NCBI GenBank assembly: GCA_036785375.1
Contig: JAWMAR010000097.1
Span: 4,464,001-4,528,000 of the forward strand
Length of the DNA: 64,000 bases
Reading direction: 5' to 3'
From: Leucoraja ocellata
Lineage: Eukaryota
The notes beneath the pieces are model-generated. The model saw only the letters and a program-made list of their open reading frames with translations, searched no databases and had not been told where the DNA came from. Positions 1 through 14,298 of the stretch are shown here, one piece after another (within the stretch, counting starts at the first letter, position 1; every line of letters starts with the position of its first letter). The translations under genes and the position numbers were made by a program.

Positions 1-359
1 TATGTACTAACTTACTAACCAATGCATCTACATTTATGTCCACGTCATTTACATATGACCTTTCTTAAATAAGGAGACCCAAACTGCACAGGGCTTCAGC
101 TGCGGCTTTGCAAGTACCCTATACAATTGAGGTAATGGTTTCTCATTTTTAAAACCTCTTGCAATATTTTGGTGAGGGGAGGTGGAGGGAATATTCCCAG
201 CTGGCTCTAAGCTGCCTACTTTGAGAGGCCAAGTCTTGTAGTCTACTGTGCTAGTGTTGCTTAAACCTCTTGCAATATTTGGGTGAATGTAGTCTCCTCA
301 TCCCGGAGCCTTTCAGGCAGCGGAGCACCTCTACTTCCATCATGTTAATTGGACATGGA

Positions 360-495
360 AACATAGAAAATAGGTTCGGGAGTAGGCCATTCGGCCCTTC
401 GAGCTAGCACCGCCATTCAATATGATCACGGCTGATCATTCAAAATCAGTACTCCGTTCCTGCTTTCTCCCCATATCCATTGATTCCGTTAGCCC
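360..495 (-). mobile_element. CR1 (HER1-like) LINE 3' tail fragment
   Basis: catagaaaatagg..gagtaggccattcggcccttcgag is the reverse complement of the CR1 3' end seen at 8340-8400 and 50330-50400. Confidence 0.8.
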
Positions 496-589
496 TACAG
501 TGGGGACAAATGGTTAATGAAGAAAGCTGCCTTTCCTATCTCTCCCAGTGACTCTTCAATAGGTGGTGCACTGAATTCTTCACCTGCCA

Positions 590-1533
590 TGCCCAAGCAA
601 AATATGAGATGGTGTTCCTCCAATTTGTGTTTAGCCTCACTCTGACAATGGAGGAAACCGAGGAAGGAAAAGTCTGTGTAGGAATGGGAAGGAGAATTAA
701 AGTGGCTGCAACCGGGAGATCGGGTTGGTTCACTCGGGCTGAGCAAAGGTGTTCCGCAAAACGATTGCCCAGTCTGCATTTGGTCTCGCCAATGTATAAA
801 AGTCCACATCTTGAACAATGGATACAGTAGATGAGGTTGGAGGAGGCGCAAGTGAACCTCTGCCTAACCTTGAAGGATTGTCGGGGTCCCTGGACAGAGT
901 CAAGGGAGGCGGTATAGTGTCGGGTGTTACATCATCTGTGGTTGCAGGTAATGGTACCTGGGGGAGGGGGTGGTTTTAGTGGGAAGGGATGAGTTAACCA
1001 AGGAGTTGCAGAGGGAACGGTCTCTGCGGAAGGCGGAAAGGGGTGGAGATGGGGAAAATGTGGCTAGTGGTGGGATCCCATTGGAGGTGACGGAGAATTA
1101 GGTGTTGTATTCGACGGCTGATGGGGTGGAATGTAAGGACTAGGGGACTCTGTTGAGACTAGGGGGAGGGGAAGCAAGGGCAGAGTTGCGGGGTACCGAG
1201 GAGACACTAGTGAGGGCCTCATCTATGATGGGAGAGGGGAGCTCCTGTTCCCATAAGAATGATGACATCTCGGATGCTCTAGAGTGGAGCACCTCCACTT
1301 GGGCGCACTTGCGGCGTAGACGGAGGAATTGGGAGTAGGGGGATAGAGTCTTTGCAGGAAGCAGGGTGGGAAGAAGTGTATAGTTGTGGGATTCAGTGGG
1401 TTTGTAATGGACGTCAGTCTATAGTCTATTTCTTGTGAAGGAGACTGTGAGATCAAGAAAGGGGAGGGAGATGTCATAGATGGTCCAAGTAAACGAGTGC
1501 AGGATGAAAATTGGTGGTGAAGTTGATGAAGTC
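590..1533 (-). mobile_element. Penelope-like retroelement fragment (RT C-terminus and GIY-YIG endonuclease), degraded
   Basis: Minus-strand peptides HFNSPSHS and EAKHKLEEHHLIFCLG; reverse-complement homology to 32928-33960. Confidence 0.85.
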
Positions 1534-1639
1534 TGGAATGCCAGGGAATGCTCTATGTCTCTGACTGTGTAGAGTGGGGAATTTGATCATTTTTAGGGCA
1601 GTCATGTAGAAAATTGATTTCTTGGTGAATTAGAAAATT

Positions 1640-3470
1640 GAATTGACTTGAATAAATTTTATTAGCCAAGTATGTATACATACAAGGAATTTGCCTTGGT
1701 TATTTGCTTGCAAGCAACAACACGATATACTGTAGACAATTAAAATTAAACATAATTTAAACATATGAAGAATTAAATTAAATACCAGAGCAAAAAGAGG
1801 CTACAGACTTTTGACTGTTGAGTAGAGCTGCTGCTCGTGGGAAAAAAAGCTGTTTTTATGTCTGCTTTGACAGTCCGGAGTCACCTTCCAGAGGGAAGTG
1901 CTTCAAAGAGTTTGCGACCAGGGTGAGAGGGGTCAGAGATGATCTTACTCGCTCGCCTCCTGGCCCTTGCAGTGTACAGTTCGTCGATGGGGGGCAGCCA
2001 ACAACCATCTCGGCTGATCGAATGATGCGCTGCAGCCTCCGGATGTCATGCTTGGTGGCTGAGCCAAACCAAACCATGATAGAGAAGGTGGGGACAGACT
2101 CTGTGATGACAGTATAAAACTGGACCATCATTGCCTGTGGCAGATTGTGTTTTCTCAGCTGCCGCAGGAAGTACATCCTTTGTTGAGCCTTTTTGACTGT
2201 GGAAAAGATGGTGGCTTCCCATGACTCTGGAGAAGATGGTTCCAAGTAACTTAAATAACTCCACAGATGTGACTGTGATGTAGTTGATGGTGAGTGGGGG
2301 GAGGGGAGGGGGAGCTCTCCTAAAGTCTGCCATCAATTCCACTGTCTTAAGAGCATTGAGCTCCAGGTTGTTGCGATGGCACCAGGACGCCAATTGTGTC
2401 ACTTCCTGTCTGTAGGCATATTCCTCCCCATCCTGGATCAATCCAATCGGTGTTGTGTCGTCTGCAAACTTGAGAAGCTTCACAGAGGAGTCAGTGGAGG
2501 TGCAGTCATTGGTGTAGAGGGGGGAGTACGCAGCCTTGCGGTGCTCCTATGCTGAGGGTCAGCGGGTCCAAGATGTACTTTCCCAGCCTCATGTGCCACT
2601 TCCTCTCTATCAGGAAATTGGTGATCCACTTCAACTGGGAGTTTGGAGTGTAGTAGCTCTGGCACAATGGTGTTGAATGCAGAGCTAAAACCACAAACAA
2701 AATCCTTGCATAGGTCTCCTGGCGGTCTAGTGCAGGCCCAGGTTGACTGCGTCATCCACTGATCTATTGGCCCGGTATGCAAACTGCATGGTGTCCAGCA
2801 GGGGTTCATGATATTTTTCAGGTGGGCCAGCATGTCTTTCAAGGGTCTTCATGGTTACAGAGGTCAGTGCGACATTAAGACCAGTAATCCTTGGCTTTTG
2901 AGTACGGGAACAATAGTGGAGACTTTGAAGCAGGCCGGGACAGTGCAGGTTTACAGGGACTGGTTGAAAATGTCTGTGTAGACTGGTGCCAGTTATTCGG
3001 CACAGACCTTGAGGGTAGAGGGGGAAACATTGCCCGATCCTAGAGATTTCCGTTTTTTCTGTACTGAATAACTTTTCCACCTCCTCAATTGCTATTGTTA
3101 GTGATGGAGAAGTGGCCAGACTGATGTTGGGCAGCAAGGATAGTGGACGAGTCAATATTTGCAGATTGGAATCAGGCTGTAAGTGGTGATTGGGGAGGAG
3201 TGGGTGGGGGAGGGAAGGAGGGGGTACCGGGGTTATGTTTCTGTCTATCGAACCTGCATTAGAACCCGTTCAGGTCATTGGTCAGCTAACGATTGTCCAA
3301 GGAGCGAGGGGTTTTCCTCTTGTAGTTGGTGATTTCTTGCAAGCCCTTCCACACTGAAGAGTCATTAGCTGAGAACTTGCGCCTCATCCTCTCAGAGTAC
3401 CTTTCCTTGGCAGCTCTGATTCCTCTTCTCAGCTTGTACTTGGCCTGCCTGTAGAGATCTGCATCCCAGC
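1640..3470 (-). mobile_element. Rex/Babar-clade LINE, 5'-truncated, frameshifted RT
   Basis: ORF pieces QFAYRANRSVDDAV, GAPQGCVL, KFADDTT and KKAQQRMYFLRQLRK. Confidence 0.88.
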
Positions 3471-5925
3471 TTTGAAAATTTGAAGAATGAGATAATTTAA
3501 CATCTTAAAAACTGAACTCTGTATTTTTCAGTTGGTTCTAAGTCTAGATATGACTTGGTTGATGTTTAATGTTGAGCCAGCTGGCTTCCAATACACTTCC
3601 TGTATGTAGTGTTGGTGACTGCCCCACGCCTGAAATCAGAATATGCAGCATTATCAGTTCATGTTGACTTCTGGTTTCCAAGTAGGAGATCAAAACATAG
3701 TGGTTACTGAACGATGGCATTTTCTTTTCATTTTAGTAGAGTTATCTGGAAGAAGACGAGAACTAAGCCTTGTTGAAGATAATAGTAAATATAGGAAGGG
3801 AAGATGCACAGTGCTGGAGTTACTCAGCGGGTCAGGCAGCATCTCTGGAGAACATGGATAGGTCACATTTTTCTCAGACTCTGATCAACTGAACAAGGGT
3901 CCTCCTGAGATGCTGAGTTACTCCAGTGTCTTGTAAACAAGCATCTGTATTTCCTTGTTTCTAAATATAGTAAGGGATTTGGTTGAGGCACTTGCTGTGG
4001 TAACACGAGGTAAAACTGGATCAACAGGTGCAAGGGAACAAAGGAAATGTAGAAAAGTATGCTGTGCAATAACGTGAGCAGATTTGAGTGGAATATAACT
4101 ACAGCATAAACATTTCCGCCTGTTCCCGGAGTTTATATTCTTTGTTAAAATTGGTGACAACATTTAATAAAGTCCATCAGATTGGGTTTTCCCTGTAAAC
4201 TGCCCCTCATCAGAAACCTTTGACTTGTAAACTCCTTTCAAAATTCTAAAATCCTTCATTAAATTACCATTTGACCATTTCTTGTGCAGGGAATAAAAGC
4301 TTAATAAGAAAATCAAAGAACTGCCGAAATGGGGGGGGGGGGGGGGAAACAGTTCTGATGAAGGGTCATGAAACTGAAACTTTATCTATTTATCTTTCTT
4401 AAGAGGGGCCTTGACCTGAAACACCGCCAATCCACTTTCTCCAGAGATGCTGCCTGACCCACTGAGTTACTCTGACCCTTTGTGTCTCTTTCCACAGGCT
4501 GCCTGATCTCCTGAGTGTTTCCAACATTTTCTGTTTTTATCCTAATGTACATAATTTCTGAAGTTAAATAATAGATCCCGCGAGTGCTGATAACATTCTG
4601 GGAATATGTGGTGTGCTCCTTGCAAGCTCAATGTTCTCTAAGGTACACTGCCCAGAACTGTAGGAGGCAGTGTGGTACCCAAGATTTAGACATTCTCCAC
4701 ATGTTCAATGCTGAATGTATACATTTTATCCCCTCCTAATCCCATTACATTGAGTAGCAGTGAACCTGCAATTGTTCTATAAATTACAGAACCTGTTATC
4801 TGAAATACACAGCTTTATTATATATCGTTATATTCATTATATATCAAGAATATCATTCAATGTTTGTGGCACTTCAAGTTCAAGTTCGCGTTTATTATCA
4901 TTTAACCAACTAAGGTACAGTGAAATTTGAGTTACCACATGAAGAAGATGTCAGCAGTCAAGCAGCATCTGTGGAAACAAAAAGGGATTGTTGATGTTTT
5001 GGTCCAGACCCTGCTTCAGGATGAGAAATTGGTCGTGGTCTATAGATTCTGGAAATGTTTCTGTGGTTTGGAGGGTATCAAATGTGACCCTGATGTTTAA
5101 AAGAACAGAGGAAAACAGAAAATGGAGAACTACTGCACCTATCAGTCTAATGTCAGTGATAGGGAAGATCCTGCAAATGATGATGAATGATATAGTAACA
5201 GAACACCATAAATGAAATAATAGATTGAGCAGAGTAACATAGATTTAAAGAAGTTATATTTGACAAATCTGCTGGAATCCATGATGGGCCAAAGGGCCTG
5301 TTCCTGTGTTGCCTTGTTCTGTTCTATGGCCAAGCCTCCATAGCCTTGTGGGAAGTGAACTCTGAAGTTTTAGTTTAAATATCAAAGACCATTCTTCCTT
5401 TGGAAAGTGAACAATTGGATAAGCATCTGGCATAATGCTCCATCACCCTGATCAAAGATATGGCCTGGATATATACAGGGTTGTTCTCAAATACCAACTT
5501 TGTGTTTGTCATCAAACACCAGTTTCCATTTACTATTTTGGTTGTTGCACGGTGATGGTGGAGAAGTGGGTTTGGGCTTGTGCTCATTGTTAACCCCCTC
5601 CTTTACTTCAGTTTGCTTCTGACTTGCCCACTTGCACTGCTCAGGACAAATTGATTATTGGTGTCGGGTTTGTATACTAATGCAGGACGTTTTACTTTTG
5701 AATGATCCCACCAGTAAGTCGATCAGCTGAAAAGGGAACACTAGACTGATAATTATTGTGATTATTGTATTATTCAATTTTGATATTTGATCATGTTGGG
5801 ATGATGCACCACTATGTTTAATGGGTTTGTTGCAATTGAAAGTGGCAACTTCAAACTAACATGACTGAAATGTGATTAACTCCTCACAGGCCCTACGTTT
5901 ACAGTGGTTCTGATTTGTCTTGCAG

Positions 5926-6054
5926 ATCTGTTTGTCGACTGGAAACAGAATGCTGATGAGGTTATTGTGAAGTTGAAGCCAGGAGAGGGGGGCCTAAAGG
6001 TTGATGAGATTGATGCAGCTTTCACAGACTCTGACTGTGTAATTACACTGCCAG
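5926..6054 (+). CDS. USP19: USP19 exon, CS1 domain first half (DLFVDWKQNADEVIVKLK...DAAFTDSDCVITLP)
   Basis: ttgcag acceptor, CAG|gtgagt donor, 129 nt, phase 1-1; resembles USP19 LLDWRQSAEEVIVKL...DAAFTDTDC. Confidence 0.93.
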
Positions 6055-7414
6055 GTGAGTGAGACATCATGGGAACATTATTGCTGTTACTAATTTAAGT
6101 TTCACAGCAAGGAGCACCCTTGGGACATGGTTGCAGCGTGTGTAGTAACAGACTCCTCATTGCATTCTCTCCAGAATGCCTTTTAAAATTCCTCTGCATC
6201 TAATTTTTTTTTTTTTCAAATCATATCCCGAGTCTTCACTACACTTCCAGACCCCAGCCTCTGGGGCAGCCAGTCATTAACTCCACTCCCGTTACTTCAG
6301 CGTGCTGTTTCATCCGATCCAATATTGTCATCAAGCCACTGTCAAGGTGCTGTTGTATGACATATAGTATCTGGAGGTCCATGGTTCATTTCCATATCAA
6401 CACCCTACTACCAACACTAACCAAGCCACTAATTCCTGGACTCTGGATAAGCTCTCAGATCATTCAGGTGCACAGTTCTATTTCACAATGGTTGGCTCAT
6501 TGGTAAACCTCTCTCTTATAGTCCCTTTCTGATCGTCGTAGTTAAGGGAGATTGGTATCTAAGCCACGTGCTTTATAGAAGGTATAGGAAAGAACTTAAA
6601 GAAATCAAGAGGCCAAAAGGGGCCATGGAATGACTTGGAATGGCAAATCAAATTAAGGCTAGTCCAAATATTGTGTGTGTTTATTAGAGGCCAGAGTGTG
6701 ACTAATGAAGGACTAAATCCCCTCTGGGTTCAACGAATTAAAGTGTGCTTGGAGCCAGGAGAAAGATCCTAAATGAATACTATTCACCAGGGAGAAGGAC
6801 GCGGTGACCAGAAAGTTAAGGGAGACGCTCATCTGTAACGGGGAAGAGGATGTGTTAGAAATCTTGGAGCACATTAGGGTGAATAAATCCCGAGGACAGG
6901 ATGGGACCTATCTCCGTAAGCAAATGGAAGCAATGGAGGAGGTTTCTGGGTTAGGACAGATTTTATTAACTGCACATGAGGTAGAAGTGACAAGGTTCCA
7001 CATGTCGGCTACTTGTTTCAGAGAAAAACCTTGGAGTTCAGATTATTGCCTTTCAAAATGATTACTTTTCTCTATGTTTTTAACTAATGCAAATTTATTT
7101 CAGTTTACTCACTAGACCTGTTGCTGTGACATTTTTTTGTTTTTAACTGTGAAGACAACAGAATATTTGCTTAATTTCTCTGCCATTTCCTCATTGCTCA
7201 TTGTAATTGTTCTTGCTTCAGTCTGAAAGGCACCCACATTAACTCGTCAGACTTTTGTTTGTATATCTATTGGAGCTTTTGCAATCAGGTGCTTTGTCTT
7301 TTTGCTGGATTACCTTTGTGCTTACTCTTGGACCTACCTTGATTGTAGCCATCAGACTGTGTGGTGTTGAAGGAGGTTTAAAATAATTATAAATTGTACA
7401 TTCTGTCTCACATA

Positions 7415-8405
7415 GGAGATTAGTGGGCAAAATTAGAGCACATGGTATTGGGGATAGGGTACTGACATGGATAGAAAACTGGTTGGCAGACAGGAAACTT
7501 AAGAGTAAGGATTAACGAGTCCCTTTCAGAATGTCAGGCAGTGAGTAGTGGGATCCAGCAAGACTCGGTGCTGGAACAGGTTGGGTGAGTGGGCGGATGC
7601 AGTTTAATGTGGATAAATGTGATGTTATCCACTTTTATGGCAAAAACAGGAAGGCAGATTATTAACTGAATGGTATCAAGTTGGGAAAGGGGGGAGTGCA
7701 AAGAGATCTGGGGGTCCTTGTTCATCACTCACTGAAAGTAAGCATGCAGGTACAGCAGGCAGTGAAGAAAGCTAATGGCTTGTTGGCCTTCATAACAAGA
7801 GGAGCAAAGAGGTAATTCTGCAGTTGTACAGGGCCCTAGTGAGACCACACCTGGAGTATTGTGTGCAGTTTTGGTCTCCTAATTTGAGGAAGGACATTTT
7901 GCTATTGAGGGAGTGCAGCGTAGGTTCACTAGGTTAATTCCCGGGATGGCGGGACTGTCCTATGTTTATAGAATGGAGCAGCTGGGCTTGTATACTGTGG
8001 TATTTAGAAGGATGAGAAGTGATCTTATTGAAACATATAAGATTATTAAGGGATGGGACACGCTAGAGGCAGGAAAAATGTTCCCGATGTTGGGGGAGTC
8101 CAGAACCAGGGGACACAGTCTAAGAATAAAGGGTAGGCCATTTAAAACGGAAATGAGGAAAAACATTTTTACCCAGAGAGTTGTGAATCTGTGGAATTCT
8201 CTGCCTCAGAAGGCAGTGGAGGCCAATCCTCTGGATGTGTTCAAGAGAGAGTTAGATAGAGCTCTTAAAGATAGCGGAGTGAGGGGATATGGTGAGAAGG
8301 CAGGAAAGGGGTACTGAATGTGGATGATCAGCCATGATCACTGTGAAGCATGGTGCTGGCTCGAAGGACCGAATGGCCTACTCCTGCACATATTGTCTAT
8401 TGACT
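7415..8405 (+). mobile_element. CR1 LINE 3' fragment
   Basis: [34 protein letters not shown] followed by the CR1 3' hairpin tail. Confidence 0.92.
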
Positions 8406-8587
8406 TTTAAATAATTTAACATTAATATAAAACCATAGTTCCTTGAATGGAAATGAGGAAAGGAGTAGGTTGCCAGGGCAGAGAAATTCACAGACTACTC
8501 TTGATTATACGTATTCTTTCTAAAACAAAACGCTTCCAATTTTTCATTTAATCTTGTATTTTTTCTTGCTGTGGCACTTTAACGTAG

Positions 8588-8724
8588 ATGGACGCCAGTG
8601 GAGTTGTCAATTCCATGAAGAGATTGAGAGCTCGTGCAGTAAGCTGCAGTACAAAGAGAAGGGAAACATCCTCCAACTTGTAATGCCAAAGAAGATTCCG
8701 CTGCACACGTGGTCATCTCTCATG
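8588..8724 (+). CDS. USP19: USP19 exon, CS1 second half (DGRQWSCQFHEEIESSCSKLQYKEKGNILQLVMPKKIPLHTWSSLM)
   Basis: cgtag acceptor, gtatag donor, 137 nt, phase 1-0; CS-domain PKK..W..L motif. Confidence 0.92.
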
Positions 8725-11009
8725 GTATAGTAAATTACCAACATGTGTTACAGCTGTTGTTATTTCTCTCTGAATTGTTCTTCGAGGCCTTCGCACGTGA
8801 CTGGGCCAAATGGCCTTTGGTGTTCTTCCCTTGGACGGAAGCATGGCTAGAAAGACCATTTTTTATTGGCTGTCCAAGATGTATTTGAAGATGGTGTTCT
8901 TCCATGAAGTAACCTCCAGAGTACTCTGTGGCAGAGAATTCCAGAGATGTGTCGCCTTCTGCAAGAAAGAATTTCTAAGTACCAAAGTTTTGCATCTCGC
9001 ATCATTTTGACATCCACCTAACAAGTTCCCTTAGTGTCTGCAGATATCAATAAGAGTGTGCCTCATTTTCCTAAACTCCATTTAAACAGATCCAACCTGT
9101 TTAGGACAATGCTCACATTCCAGAAAATAGCCTAGTGGATATCCTTTGGACTGTGAATGCTGATCTATCCTTTCTAGGGAAAGGGGACCAAAACTGCCTA
9201 CAGTGCTCCAGATGTGACACTGCAAGCACTGTACAATTGTTCATATTTGTTTCGAGTTACAGCATGGAAATTGCCCCTTCGGCCCACCAAGTCTATGCCG
9301 ACTGTCAATTATAGTAAAGCTTCCCTATTTCTCAACCCCAACCCTGTGTCGTCTTAACTATTGCTGCATCTGCCTGCTAACTTGTGTTTTGTGCGCGGTA
9401 AATCCATTTGACAAGTTTTTGTCCTCGCTCACTCAATGCCCTTTTGTAGAATCTCAGTATCTTGATTGTTGTTTCCCTTTCCAACCATTTCACACCATCA
9501 GCAAATCTGAACACCTTATATTCTCTTCTTCTCCCCCCCCCCCCCCCTCTCCAAATCATTAATAACAAGTTACTGAGGCCAAGAAGTGAACTGGGCAACA
9601 CTACTCATTGCATCCTGAAAAATATCCACTTGTCTCATATGTTTTGCTTTTCAGGAAAACAGGTTGATTTGTTATGTTTGTGTTTGTTTGTGGGAGCTTG
9701 TTTTGCATAGCCGATCTGTCATATCTCTATCCTTGCCATCATGATTACAACACACTGCCCAATGACTGCAAGGTTTCCCAGAGTATCTTGAGATTGTGAA
9801 AGAAAGGCACAGTAGTTTTTTTTCTGCTTTTAGTTTTGTTCCTGCTTTGGAGACACAAGACTGCAGATGCTGGAATCTTGAGCAAATGTGCTGGAGAAAC
9901 TCAGCAGGAGGAACACGTGTGGAGGGAAATAAAAGGCGATGTTTCGGGTCAGTGGCCCATCTTCAGACGATCCAAGCTTTTGCTTTTCTTGAAGGAGAGG
10001 TTGCATTTTCATCCCAAACTATGACTGGTGACTTTACTTCAATACTCATCTAATATTAGAACTACAAGATTTCCTGGCTTGAAATGGTAAAGTTATGCAA
10101 TTGCGAAATGGAGCTGCCACTGAGAATTTCAAACATTAACTGACCGTATTGGCTTTAAAAAGATTTTAGTCCTGTGACAGCAATCAGATTTGATTTCTTG
10201 TGCAAAGTATTAGCAGGTCACGACAGCTCTTCCACAGGTTCCTGCTGTGCATTGGAATCAGCCCATTATGACCAATCTTTATTGTCCTTGGCCTGTATTT
10301 GTTCCACACCACCCTCCAGCTAATTAGTGATGCCATTTACCTCCTGAAAATGCTATTTAAAAAAACACTAGGTTTCGGAATGGAAACACAATCGGCAAAC
10401 ATTGTGTGTAGGAGATATTGTGTGTCTGAAGAAGGGTCTCGACCCAAAACATCACCCATTCCTTCTCTCCAGAGATGCTGCCTGTCCCGCTGAGTTACTC
10501 CAGCAATTTGTGTCTACCAGCAAACATTGTGGGTGTTCGAAGTCTCCACTGATTTGTATGAATCAGGTGTTCAGTGTAGACACAAGCAACTACAGATGTT
10601 GGAATCCTGAGGAAAACTCAAGGTGCTAGAAGAACTCGGCTGGTCAGACAGTATCTGTGGAAGTAATGGACAGACGATGCTTTAGGTCGGGACCCTTCAT
10701 CAGACTCTCCCCTCATGTTCAGTATATTGTGACGAATATTCAAATTACTCTTTAAAGGCATGTTTGGTCAGTGCCAAGTACAGAATGAGGAACAGTCCTG
10801 GTCTCCTTCTCATAAACATATATTCTACTGATTCTTGGCAGGTTTTTTGCATCCATTCATTATCGTTAGTCTCTGTTCCCAGTAATATTTTAAAATGAAC
10901 ACTCCAGGAAAGCAACCTTGGGTGGTTTCTCAGATGTTCCTCGAGTTTGATTAATTGAAAGATGCAGCATGAAAACAGGCCCTTCGTTCTATTTTTGATC
11001 ACCTATTTA

Positions 11010-11240
11010 TACTAGTTCTATGTTCCCCACTTTCACATCCACTCTCTACACCAGGTTCATTTTATAGAGGCCAATAGCCTCCAAACCCACACGTCTTTGG
11101 GATGTGGGAGCACACAAAGAAAACCCATGCGGTCACGGGGAGAACGTGGAAACTACACACAGACAGCACCCGAGGTCAGGATTGAACCTGGTCTCTGGTG
11201 CTGTGAGGCAGCAGCATTTCCAGGTGTGCCACTGTGTTGC
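11010..11240 (-). mobile_element. tRNA-derived V-SINE (HE1-like)
   Basis: Reverse complement shows a tRNA-like head (B box ggttcaatcc) and the V-domain-type gggttttc..ctcccaca..caaagacg core. Confidence 0.75.
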
Positions 11241-11859
11241 CCTCATGTTATACTGATTCTTGACAGGTCTCCTGGGTCCATTCATTGTCAACATATTTTT
11301 GGTTCCCACTAATGGGAAAGCAACCTGGGCTGCTTGTTGGCGTACATTGAGTTTGGTATAACTAGTTAACCATGACAGTCTTCACAACCTTCATCTAATG
11401 GAATGAAATGTTCTTGTTGGAAGGAGGGTCTATTACCAAAGGGCACAAATTCAGTCATTTGTAAAACCAAGCAAAATGAGTCGTGATTTGACAAAAGATT
11501 CTGTAATTCTTAAAAAGGAATAAAACAAACTGCAGGTCTTTGAAGAAAGAAGGGAGTGAGGTTAATTGGGTGGCTCTTTTAAAGACACACATCTGCGATG
11601 CAGTCACTGGTTGCTTGCCTATTGCAGCCAGCTGCCCTTTTTCACAGCCAACCTCGGGTGACATTGGCATGCAATGCCCACCTGTGCATGTGATCACAAG
11701 AACCACTGGTTAGTGATCAAGAAGGATAAACAACCCTCTGGATATCCATCCATGTTTTCTCTTACCACATTGTTTGCAATATGCCAGATTAACGGAGGCA
11801 CCCATGAACTCTATGTTCTCTGCACACGTTGTCTTTCCCTGCTGTGTCCTCACAGCGAC

Positions 11860-12345
11860 GGCCTTATTGATTTATTATTGTCATTCGTACTGAGATGGTG
11901 AAGCGCCTTTTGAGTACTGAGATAAGCTTTTGTTTGCGTGCTATCCAACTAAATCGGATCATGCTGTACACGAGTCCCATCAAGCCACACACGTATCCAG
12001 ACGATAGAGCAAAGAGAAATGTGCAAGAGTGCAGAATATGGTTGCACAGCATTGCAGATTTACAGATCCCGAGGAAAGGTCCATGGGCCGCAATGAAGTA
12101 CTTTGGGAGATTAGGACTACACTAGTTCATGGGAGGACTGTTTAGTAGTCTGATAACAGCGGGGAAGAAGCTGTTCCAGAATCTGGTGGGGCTTGCTTTC
12201 AGATTTTGTATCTTCTGTGCAGTGGGAGAGCAAGAAATGCCTGTGGTGTGAGTGGTCCTTGATTATGTTGGCTGTTTGTGAGGCAGCGTGAAGTATAGAT
12301 GGGGGTTGTGATTGCACGGTGGGCTGGGCTACATCCACAACTCTT
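11860..12345 (-). mobile_element. Rex/Babar-like LINE 3' remnant
   Basis: ANIIKDHSH-like peptide and gggaagaagctgttc motif shared with other Rex 3' ends in the window. Confidence 0.65.
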
Positions 12346-13709
12346 TACGAGTTGTGGTCTAGTGTCTTAGAGTCAGACTGTTTTCCTCCTGCTCTGTTTA
12401 CCTGAGTTCTATTCTGAGCATTGCCTTTACTTGCTTTGCTGACTAGATGGGATTACTGTGCTATTTTTATTCTGCTTCATTTGCCACCACAGTGAAACAT
12501 TTACAAGTGGGCTTCTTGATTAACCAGCAACTGATTTACTGTATAGCTGGTTGGTCATGTGATGTTTCAAAGGCTTCTGTGTCAAAGTAAGAAGGCATCT
12601 CTAGAGAATACTCCCAAGTGTAGACATGAATTCATTAATTATGGTAAGGGCATATCTTCAGACACAGTGGTCCAGTTAAAAGGTAAGTGCATTGAAGTTT
12701 ATTCACACAGCAAGCAGCATTGTATCTGAGAACCAGAGAGTATGTGTATTCAGACACCTGCAAAGGAAAGTGTGGCTTTGACTAGTGAAGAGAGACTTGT
12801 AATAAAAAATGAATTGCAGATGCTGGTTTACACTAAAGTTAAACACAAAATCCTGAAGTAACTCGGCGGATCAGGCAGCACCTACGAAGAAAATCAATAG
12901 GTGACATTTGGATCTAGACCCATTGTCAGACTTGTATTTGAGAAGTTAGGACAGCAATGCTCAAAAGTAAATGTGACTATTTTAACAATAAGCTATTTGC
13001 AACTTTTGTTCCTTGCATATTAATGTGGTTTGCACTATTCTTAGATTACCTGTATTTTTGGGGTATCTATAGTGTTCTTCTCTCCAATACTTCAGCCTGT
13101 GGGTTCCCTACAGTTTATCTAATGGCGAGCTTGGTTGTTATGTTAATTATGACATGATGTGCCGAGTGCCTTGTGCAGGAGGAAGTGAGGGCCAATCAAT
13201 TAGAAGATTCGCAGAAGGTAGAATTGTCTGCCAACGCTAGAGTGTTTTTGTTTACTCATCTCTTACTTATCTGGTAGATCGCTTATCTCCGATCTCACAG
13301 CTCTGATCGAGTGTCATCCACTGCGGCCTGACGAGACCAAGCCATTGCTTCCATGATTGCATGCAGATATTTCCAAGAGCAATGGACCTGTTGAAATATT
13401 TGAATAATGTATAAAATAAATTAGTTTTTTCAAATGGTTAATTATGGATTTTTTCTGTATTGTATAGCAGGGGGGTGCGCGGCAAGTTCAATAGCAATTT
13501 TGAAAAGGGAATTGGATATGTATTTGAACAAAGCATTGTAGGTCTATTGGGGATAATGCAGAGAGTAAGACCAATCAGAGAGGCCATTCAGAATCCACGC
13601 AAAGACAGCGGATCGAGTTGCCTGCACTGTTCGATTCTGCAATTCTGTAAAATGCGCTTCAAAGGTGCAGCTTTTCAACTGACTGACGTTGATTTCATTG
13701 CTGTTGCAG

Positions 13710-14213
13710 AAGAAGAAAAACAAAGGGCAGCCCATAGTTATTCCACCAAAAGATGTTGGGAAGGAAAAGGTTTTGCCCAGCGAAAATATCGAAGTGGAAA
13801 AATCAGGAAAATTATCTGACATCGCAGAAAGGAAAGCGAAAGCAGAGCGCGGAATTAAGCGCCCCATCAAGGTGAAAGCTCCAGGAAAGACAGAGTCCCC
13901 GCCTGAACCTGGGATGAAACGGACCAGTCAGTGCAAGACTCTGAATAACACTCGAGATATCCAGGAGCCCATTGCATCACAACCTGTCTGTGTCAAGTCC
14001 AACGAAGAAACTGATCCCGCTTGTTTTCAAAAACCTGCAGAGGGTCCAAAAAGCCCGGAGGATGAACTCATTGTAAGTGATTCTGATGGAGGATTATTGG
14101 ATGCCGCGGTTGAGGCTAAGGTGAAGAAGAACGGCCGTGGTCCCCAGGGAGATTGGCACATGGAAGACAAAAGTGAAATGAATGTGAGGCAAGCATCGAC
14201 TGAGAAAGCTGAG
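13710..14213 (+). CDS. USP19: USP19 exon, inter-CS linker 1 (KKKNKGQP...STEKAE)
   Basis: Within the 181-aa ORF 13689-14234; ttgcag acceptor, GAG|gtacat donor; 504 nt, phase 0-0; non-repeat sequence. Confidence 0.8.
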
Positions 14214-14298
14214 GTACATTTTTCTAAATCATAGTCATACAGCACGAAACAGGCCCTTCAGCCAATCTCAGTCCATGCCGACCAAAATGCCGCATCTA

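Noticed and set aside
3643-3861. Possible USP19 N-terminal exon
   Set aside because: No resemblance to the USP19 N-terminus, no clear donor, and it runs into a Penelope-derived repeat
8725-8735. U12-type intron donor
   Set aside because: gtatag does not match GTATCCTT; all introns look like U2 GT-AG
13326-13360. CTGACGA as a hammerhead core
   Set aside because: No stem II followed by GAAA downstream
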